From NCBI GenBank assembly GCA_041601615.1, contig JBFIHX010000003.1, positions 128,001 to 192,000 on the forward strand: a DNA stretch of 64,000 nt. The letters are read 5' to 3'. The notes below the pieces were generated by a model. The model did not search any database. It was not told the DNA's origin and saw nothing but the letters and a program-made list of their open reading frames with translations. A program made the position numbers and the translations under genes. The DNA is from Thermoplasmatota archaeon. Its GTDB lineage: Archaea > Thermoplasmatota > E2 > JACPAO01 > JAHFTW01. This document shows positions 57,655-64,000 of the stretch, piece by piece (the first letter of the stretch is position 1; each line of letters opens with the position of its first letter).

Positions 57655-59049
57655 ATGAAGTGGCAAACTGCCGCGTTGATGCTCAGCCTCCTGGTGCCCC
57701 TGGCGGGTGCCGGATCCGCAACCGATCCTGAACTCTCGGACCCCGCAGGTGACGCACATCAGTTCATCGAGTGTGTCCCCCCAAGTTGTCTCTCCGGCGT
57801 CTACGAACCCAGTTCGGAGGCAAGCGAGCAAGTGGACATCCTCGCGTCTTGGTTTGCCCTTGAAAACGGTACCCTGAGCGTCTCCATGCAGACTGTCGCC
57901 GAAACAGACGACGAAGTGTACACGACTTTCGCCTTCGATGTGGAAGCAACGCCGTTTAGCGCCTCGGACAACGACACGCGGTCCCCCGTCGTCCTGGAAG
58001 CCAAGGGCACCACCACGATCACCGGCACCAACGTCACTTGGGTTCGCAACGGCACCGTACTCACTGCCTCCTTGCCCATGCAAGACGCCGGCATGGTCGC
58101 TGGAGACCGCCTCGTTCGCCTCCAAGTGTCCACGGAGCGCTCAGAAAGCAGCAGTGAATCGCTTGGACAAGGCTCCCAGAAAGACACAGACGCCACCGAC
58201 GGCACCTCCAGACCCTTCTACGCCCCGGTGGCCGCAGGCGAGCCGGATTTCCAAGTCACAGCCCGCAACGGCACCTACAGCCAAAGTGGTACGGAACAGA
58301 ATTTCACTGGGTCCAACCCCTGGTTCGATGCCGTGCCGGACAGCATCACCTTCTCGTACCAGATTCTCAGCCACCAGCCCGGGTCCAACTTCACGGTCCA
58401 AGAAAACGGCGCCGAGGCACGCAAGGTCACCACGGACGAGGCCGGCGTGGCACATGTGAATGCAACCATCGGCCCAAGCGACCTTGATGGTCGCACCTGG
58501 AGCGTCCAAGTCACCCATGCCGGGCACACCACCACGCTTGCTTGGCTCTTGGGCGGCCACGCCTTTGATCCGCTCTACGCGGACGGTTTGAGCATCGAAG
58601 GCCTCGGCGGCAACTGGACCCTTGGCAACACCACGACGGAATTCGAGGACAAAGTGCTGATCGGAAAGGTTCTGCCGGACAACATCACGGTCTCGTACCG
58701 CATCCACAACAACCTGCCTTTGGCCAATCTCACGGTCGAATACGTGGGCTACAACACCACGGTGCAAGTGGACGTTCTGCAGTACAGCAACAAGACCTTG
58801 AGCTGGACCTTCCAGCCCATGGTCAACGCCACGAGCCTAGAAATCCAAGTTCGCAACGCCGATGGCCAGAACGCAACCTACACGCTGGTGTTCGAGGAGG
58901 ACACCGGCAACAAGGGAGGCGAAGGCGGCTCCAACAAGGAGGAGTCCGTTCAAACCAGTGCCAACCTCGTTTCTCCGGTCGTGTGGGTGTTCCTCCTCGT
59001 CGGCGTCGTGATCATGGTCGTACTCGTGATCCTGGTTGCGCGCAAGTAG
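57655..59049 (+). CDS. Surface glycoprotein with C-terminal TM anchor
   Basis: Signal peptide, N-terminal DPAGD..VDI domain, more than ten N-x-T sequons, TM + RK end. Confidence 0.8.
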   Translation: MKWQTAALMLSLLVPLAGAGSATDPELSDPAGDAHQFIECVPPSCLSGVYEPSSEASEQVDILASWFALENGTLSVSMQTVAETDDEVYTTFAFDVEATPFSASDNDTRSPVVLEAKGTTTITGTNVTWVRNGTVLTASLPMQDAGMVAGDRLVRLQVSTERSESSSESLGQGSQKDTDATDGTSRPFYAPVAAGEPDFQVTARNGTYSQSGTEQNFTGSNPWFDAVPDSITFSYQILSHQPGSNFTVQENGAEARKVTTDEAGVAHVNATIGPSDLDGRTWSVQVTHAGHTTTLAWLLGGHAFDPLYADGLSIEGLGGNWTLGNTTTEFEDKVLIGKVLPDNITVSYRIHNNLPLANLTVEYVGYNTTVQVDVLQYSNKTLSWTFQPMVNATSLEIQVRNADGQNATYTLVFEEDTGNKGGEGGSNKEESVQTSANLVSPVVWVFLLVGVVIMVVLVILVARK

Positions 59050-59050
59050 C

Positions 59051-59584
59051 CTACTCAGAAGCGTTCGCAATGCGGTAGCGCAGTTCCACGAACCCAGGCC
59101 CCACGTCCAGCGTGGCGATGCGCTCCAGCGTCGCTTGGCGCGGCAACAACGGCTTGCCGGCACCCAGCGTGATGGAGGCGACGTTGACAATCAACTCGTC
59201 CAGCAACCCCGCGTCCATGAATTGGCCGGCAAGGTCGCCGCCTCCAACCACCCAGACGTGCTTTGCGCCTGCCGCCGCGAAGATGGCCTCCATGTGGTTG
59301 GCGACGGCCCCCGAGACCACGCGGATGGATTCGTGCGCGGGGGCGAGGTACTGGCGTGAGAACACCCAGCATGGCAGGTCGTACGGCCACGGGTTTCCTG
59401 CCGCCATGTGTTTCAGGAGGAATCGATATGTGGCGGAGCCCATGACGATGGCGCCGACGCCGTCGATGAACTCGGTGTAGGTCTCTGGATTGGGTTGGGG
59501 GAGGGAATCGAGCCAGGATACGTCGTCGTCGGGGGTTGCGATGAACCCGTCTAGGCTGGACGCCACGTAGTATTGCACGGCCAC
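59051..59584 (-). CDS. Dihydrofolate reductase / RibD C-terminal family protein
   Basis: ASSLDGFIA, MGS.TY, WVVGGG.LA..F...GLLDE, LGAG.PL. Confidence 0.9.
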   Translation of the reverse strand: MAVQYYVASSLDGFIATPDDDVSWLDSLPQPNPETYTEFIDGVGAIVMGSATYRFLLKHMAAGNPWPYDLPCWVFSRQYLAPAHESIRVVSGAVANHMEAIFAAAGAKHVWVVGGGDLAGQFMDAGLLDELIVNVASITLGAGKPLLPRQATLERIATLDVGPGFVELRYRIANASE

Positions 59585-59636
59585 GGCGCGCCATGTGTGC
59601 TCGCGCTTACAATCCTCGCGCAAGACTTGGGTGAAA

Positions 59637-60239
59637 CTATTCGGTGGGCGGTTGGAACGTGGCCCGTGCCTGTTCCGCTTCTTCTCGAATGACGCATCCT
59701 TCCATGTGGTCGTTGACGAGCCCCATGGCCTGCATGAACGCGTACGCCGTCGTGGGGCCGACGAATTTCCAGCCGCGCCGTTTCAGTTCCTTGGCCAAGG
59801 CAATGGATTCTGCCGACGTGGAAGCGGGGTCGCCGCTCGGCGCTCGGCGGCTCGGTTCAAACGCCCAGACAAACGACGCCAGGGATTGCCCTTGCACGAG
59901 ATGCGTTGCTCGATCGGCATTGTTGAGGACGGCTTCGATTTTGCCTCGGTGTCGAACAATGCCGGCGTCTGCGAGGAGCCGTTCGATGTCGGCCTCGGAG
60001 AATTCGGCGATGACATGGAAATCGAAGCCTGCAAAGGCGGCTCGAAAATTCTCCCGCTTGGATAGGATCGTGCGCCAACTGAGCCCCGATTGGAATGCTT
60101 CCAGGCTCAGTTTCTCAAACAGTCGCCGGTCGTCGCTGACAGGGAATCCCCATTCCGTGTCGTGGTAGTGCAGGAAGTCCGGGGCAGCCAGAGCCCATGC
60201 GCAACGAGGGCGGCCGTCTGGTCCCTGCACAGTTTCCAT
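59637..60239 (-). CDS. tag: DNA-3-methyladenine glycosylase I
   Basis: RC.W, YHDTEWG, LE.FQSGLSW.TIL.KR, IVRHRGKI, FVGPTT.YAFMQA.G.VNDH. Confidence 0.95.
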   Translation of the reverse strand: METVQGPDGRPRCAWALAAPDFLHYHDTEWGFPVSDDRRLFEKLSLEAFQSGLSWRTILSKRENFRAAFAGFDFHVIAEFSEADIERLLADAGIVRHRGKIEAVLNNADRATHLVQGQSLASFVWAFEPSRRAPSGDPASTSAESIALAKELKRRGWKFVGPTTAYAFMQAMGLVNDHMEGCVIREEAEQARATFQPPTE

Positions 60240-60373
60240 GGTCTGGGGTTCAGGTGGCGGCGCGTTTGATGTTCACGGTTCGTTGTTGCTGCGGGTGATG
60301 CCTCTTCTGTGCTTCCTCCGCGCATCCCTCATGTTTTCGCCGTGGTTCAGGGCCGCATCGAGGGCCACAGTCT

Positions 60374-61744
60374 TCACCAGAACCACCAGGCGGCCCCGGT
60401 TGCAAGGATGAGGCCTGCCAAGCTTGCCCAGACGCCGACTTTTGCCATTTGTGCAACGCTCACATGGCCTGTCCCGTACGCCATGGCATTGGGTGGCGTG
60501 CCGACGGGGACGAGGAAATCGAGGGACAATGCGGCGGCGGCGAGCATGGTGATGCCTTGGGGGGCGAGGTTCCATCCAGTGGCAAGTTGGAGGACGATGG
60601 GAATCATGATGACTGCGGCGGCGGTGTTGCTTGCAAACACGGTCAACAGCAAGGCTGCCGCTGCGATGGCTGCAAATGCGACGAGTCCGCCTCTGTTGCC
60701 GACGACGCCGGCAATGGCGTCTGCAAAAGTGGCGTCGAGGCCGCTCGTGGTCACCGCGTCGCCCAACGCAAGGCCGCCGCCAATCAAGAGGAGTGTGGGC
60801 CAACCAACTTTGTAGATGTCTTCCTCGCCGAGGACGCCAAGAACCGCCATCAGTACAATCGGCACGACTGCGACGAGCGAAGCCGGTACGCCATGAAGAT
60901 CGGTCGTGAGCCACAAAAGCACGGTCAGAAAAAAGACGCCCATGACCAATCGTTGCGGCGTGGTGGTGCCTCCGTTGGCGGGGGGTGTGTGCAATGGGTC
61001 GGTGCCGATGGGGTAGACGCGCAGGAGAATCCACCACAAGAGAACCATCAGGGCAACAACCAGCGGGACGGCGCGGGCCATCCAGCCAAAAAACGAGATG
61101 GGGGCGCCAGCTTCGGCAAGAAATCGAATGGCAATGGGGTTCGCAGTGGTGCCGATGGGTGTTGCGATGCCTCCAATGTTGGCAGAAAACGCAACGCCGA
61201 GCACGAGGCAGCGCGCCAAGTTGTCTTTGCTGCCCGGGTTGGCCGTGACGATGCCAAGAGCAATGGGGAGCATGATGGCCGTCGAAGCAGTGTTGGAGAT
61301 CCACATGCTGAACGTCGCCGTGGTTGCCATGATGGCCAGCAAAATGGTTGCGGGCCTGCTGCCAACTCGACGCATCACGAAGGCCGCGAGCTTCACGTCC
61401 AGTCCGTGTTTGCTCAGCGCCACCCCGAGAAAGAAGCCTCCCAGGAGCAGTACGATGATGGGGTCAAAGTATGCCGCAAATACGTCGACGGAGGGCATTC
61501 CTGCAACCACCACCAGGAGTGCCGAGGAGGCCAGCGCGGTGACTGCCAAGGGGATGGTTTCGCTGACCCAGACGACCATGGCAAACACCACGATTCCGAG
61601 CACGGCAGGGGCGGAGCCGCCAAGCGGAATCTGCGCGGCAAGCAGGCCCAAGAGCAGCGCACTGGCAAGCCACAGCAAGCGCTTCTGCCACGAGGGAAAG
61701 TGCCTGCTTGGGGACTCGGGCGCGGTGCCGAGCATGCGCATCAC
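60374..61744 (-). CDS. SLC13/DASS family carboxylate/sulfate symporter
   Basis: E.IPL.VT, SMWISNTA, ANIGG.ATPIGT, SNTA, PVGTPPNA; 4-nt overlap with acs. Confidence 0.92.
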   Translation of the reverse strand: MMRMLGTAPESPSRHFPSWQKRLLWLASALLLGLLAAQIPLGGSAPAVLGIVVFAMVVWVSETIPLAVTALASSALLVVVAGMPSVDVFAAYFDPIIVLLLGGFFLGVALSKHGLDVKLAAFVMRRVGSRPATILLAIMATTATFSMWISNTASTAIMLPIALGIVTANPGSKDNLARCLVLGVAFSANIGGIATPIGTTANPIAIRFLAEAGAPISFFGWMARAVPLVVALMVLLWWILLRVYPIGTDPLHTPPANGGTTTPQRLVMGVFFLTVLLWLTTDLHGVPASLVAVVPIVLMAVLGVLGEEDIYKVGWPTLLLIGGGLALGDAVTTSGLDATFADAIAGVVGNRGGLVAFAAIAAAALLLTVFASNTAAAVIMIPIVLQLATGWNLAPQGITMLAAAALSLDFLVPVGTPPNAMAYGTGHVSVAQMAKVGVWASLAGLILATGAAWWFW

Positions 61745-63681
61745 GTCCGGGTGGGCATTGCGTGTTTGGAGTCAAGGTCCGTGGGCACGGCGGCCTGCAA
61801 CGCCTCGACGACGTGGGCGTCTTCCAGGGTCGATGTGTCTTGGCGCATGGGTTCGCCTCGGGCAATGGCTCGCAGGAGCCGGCGCATGATTTTGCCGCTG
61901 CGGGTCTTGGGCAAGGCTGCGGCGAGGACGATGAAGCGGGGCCGGGCGGTTTTGCCAATTTCTTCGGCAACGTGGCCGGCGAGTGCGGCCGGTGCCACTT
62001 CCTTGGTGCAGACGACGAAGGCAAATACGCTCTCGCCGCGAACTTCATCCGGCACACCGACCACGGCGGCTTCCACCACGTCCGGGTGCGATGCGAGGGC
62101 GGATTCGACCTCCATGGTGCCGATGCGGTGGCCGCTTACGTTGAGCACGTCGTCGCTTCGGCCCATGATCCAGTAGTCTCCGTCCGCGTCTCGGCGTGCC
62201 GTGTCGCCCGCTAGGTATCGGGGCGCGCCAAGCGACCAGTAGGTTTCGCGGAATTTCTCGTCGTCGCCCCAGATGCCGCGCAGCATGCTTGGCCAGGGCG
62301 TGTCAAGAATCAATTGGCCGCCCTCGTCTGAATCTGCGCCCGCGTCTCCTTCGGCCGCGAGGATGGAGGCGCTGATGCCGGGGAGGGGTTGGTTGCAGCT
62401 GCCCGGTTTTTGGTGGTCTGCGGCAGGAAGCGCGCTCATCATGATGCCGCCGGTTTCCGTTTGCCACCATGTGTCCACGATGGGCAAGTTGCCCTTTCCG
62501 ATGTGGGTGTGGTACCATTTCCAGGCTTCGGGATTGATGGGCTCGCCGACGGAGCCAAGGAGGCGCAGCGACGACAGGTCGTGTTTGGCCGGCCACTTGT
62601 CGCCGGCTGCCATCAGGGCTCGAATGGCCGTGGGGGCGGTGTAGAACACGTTCACTTTGTGCTTCTCGATAATGCTCCAGAACCGATCCGGCGCCGGGCA
62701 CATGGGAGCGCCTTCGTAGAGCACGAGGCGGGCTCCTACCATCAAGGGGCCGTAGGCAACGTAGGTGTGTCCCGTGATCCAGCCAATGTCCGCTGTGCAC
62801 CAATAAGTGTCCTCGGGGGTCAAATCGAAGACCCATTGGCTCGAGAGCTGGGCCCACAACAGGTATCCGCCCGTGGTGTGCAGGATGCCCTTCGGTTTGC
62901 CCGTGCTGCCTGAGGTGTATAAGATGAAGAGTGGGTGTTCTGCCGGAAAGGCGGGGGGCTGGAGCACTGGTGTTCCATATGTCCAGGCAACGTCGCGCCC
63001 TGGCTGCATGGCGACGGTCTCGCCGGTTCTCTTGTGGACAAGGACTCGTTCCACGTCGGGGCAATTGGCCAGCGCCGCGTCCACGTTTGCCTTGAGCGGG
63101 ACCACCTTCGTGTTGCGGTATGCCCCGTCGGCCGTTAGCACAACTTTGGCACCGGTGTCGTTGATGCGGTCTGCCAATGCCTTCGCGGAAAATCCGCCAA
63201 ACACCACGGAATGGACGGCGCCGATGCGCGCACAGGCAAGCATCGCAATGACGGCCTCGGGCACGAGGGGGAGGTACAAGATGACGCGGTCGCCGGCTGC
63301 TACTCCGTTCGATTGGAGCGTTCCTGCAAATCGGCACACAAGGTCGTGAAGCTCGCCGAACGTGAAATTGCGAACCTCGCCCGCCTCGGATTCCCACGTG
63401 AGCGCTACTTCGTTGGCCCGCTCGGGCAAATGCCGGTCGAGGCACTGTTGGGAAGCGTTCAGCATCCCGTCGTCAAACCAGCGGTAGTACGGCGCTTGGC
63501 TTTCGTCCAGGACGCGCGTGAATGGGCGTTGCCACGTCAGCGCGTCGTTTGCCTGAGCCCTCCAGAACGCCTTGGAATCGCTTTGCCAGGCTTGCACCAG
63601 TTCCTTGCGGGCCATGGGCGTGATTCGGCCTTGGGCCATGGGTGGGTAGGTCTGTGGCTGGGGGTGGGGCGCGGCGCTCAT
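61741..63681 (-). CDS. acs: Acetyl-CoA synthetase (AMP-forming)
   Basis: YTSGSTGKPKG, ADIGWITGH, GSVGEPINP, DTWWQTETG, GR.DDV.NVSGHR, LPKTRSGKIMRR. Confidence 0.96.
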   Translation of the reverse strand: MSAAPHPQPQTYPPMAQGRITPMARKELVQAWQSDSKAFWRAQANDALTWQRPFTRVLDESQAPYYRWFDDGMLNASQQCLDRHLPERANEVALTWESEAGEVRNFTFGELHDLVCRFAGTLQSNGVAAGDRVILYLPLVPEAVIAMLACARIGAVHSVVFGGFSAKALADRINDTGAKVVLTADGAYRNTKVVPLKANVDAALANCPDVERVLVHKRTGETVAMQPGRDVAWTYGTPVLQPPAFPAEHPLFILYTSGSTGKPKGILHTTGGYLLWAQLSSQWVFDLTPEDTYWCTADIGWITGHTYVAYGPLMVGARLVLYEGAPMCPAPDRFWSIIEKHKVNVFYTAPTAIRALMAAGDKWPAKHDLSSLRLLGSVGEPINPEAWKWYHTHIGKGNLPIVDTWWQTETGGIMMSALPAADHQKPGSCNQPLPGISASILAAEGDAGADSDEGGQLILDTPWPSMLRGIWGDDEKFRETYWSLGAPRYLAGDTARRDADGDYWIMGRSDDVLNVSGHRIGTMEVESALASHPDVVEAAVVGVPDEVRGESVFAFVVCTKEVAPAALAGHVAEEIGKTARPRFIVLAAALPKTRSGKIMRRLLRAIARGEPMRQDTSTLEDAHVVEALQAAVPTDLDSKHAMPTRT

Positions 63682-63902
63682 GGACGCACCTGCTCTGGCT
63701 TCGGTCGCATCGGCACGCATGCGCCAAGTCACGGGTATGATTTGAATGTGGCACGCAAGACCTAGCCTGCGCACACGGGCGCGTCAGCCGCGGCAGGTTC
63801 GAAGGGCGTCGCGCCGAGGATGGAACTCCCAGGATTTGTGCGGTTGCTGAATTTGGGGTTCTGCGGCGGACTTGCGCTCGTTCCGAGCCGGCCCCATCAG
63901 GG

Positions 63903-64000
63903 TTAGGCTTCGACCAAAGCCAATGCTGCAGAGTCCAAGTTTTCCAGCATGCGCGCAATCGCCTTGCGGAAATTCGGGCGGATGGCGGCAACTTCTAGGA
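63903..64000 (-). CDS. C-terminal fragment of a gene entering from beyond the window
   Basis: Open frame LEVAAIRPNFRKAIARMLENLDSAALALVEA-TAA. Confidence 0.35.
   Translation of the reverse strand, partial: LEVAAIRPNFRKAIARMLENLDSAALALVEA

Overview
High-GC archaeal chromosome segment, most consistent with Thermoplasmatota. The evidence is rpl15e, an A1AO ATP synthase operon in the order H-I-K-E-C-F-A-B, tandem winged-helix regulators and L(S/A)GC lipoboxes. Housekeeping genes include gpsA, bacterial-type metK, aconitase, ychF, thiN, acs, tag, dps and several transporters. They are interleaved with many secreted or membrane-anchored proteins of unknown function. The strongest unexplained signal is a repeated, tightly coupled module: a small secreted Cys-loop protein, then a single-pass receptor-like protein (shared extracellular beta domain, cytoplasmic TPR, Gly-Tyr-X tail), then a tandem-wHTH regulator. 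It is complete at 7.9-10.6 kb and 52.7-55.2 kb and lacks the wHTH gene at 29.9-31.9 kb; a stop-interrupted Cys-loop gene sits at 19.0 kb. It resembles an undescribed archaeal transmembrane signalling system. A second paralog family has three large surface proteins with conserved His motifs and an ESPG-TM-RRR sorting tail. No rRNA, tRNA, CRISPR array or transposase was recognised. All family calls come from visual motif recognition, not database searches, and many start codons were re-chosen by eye.
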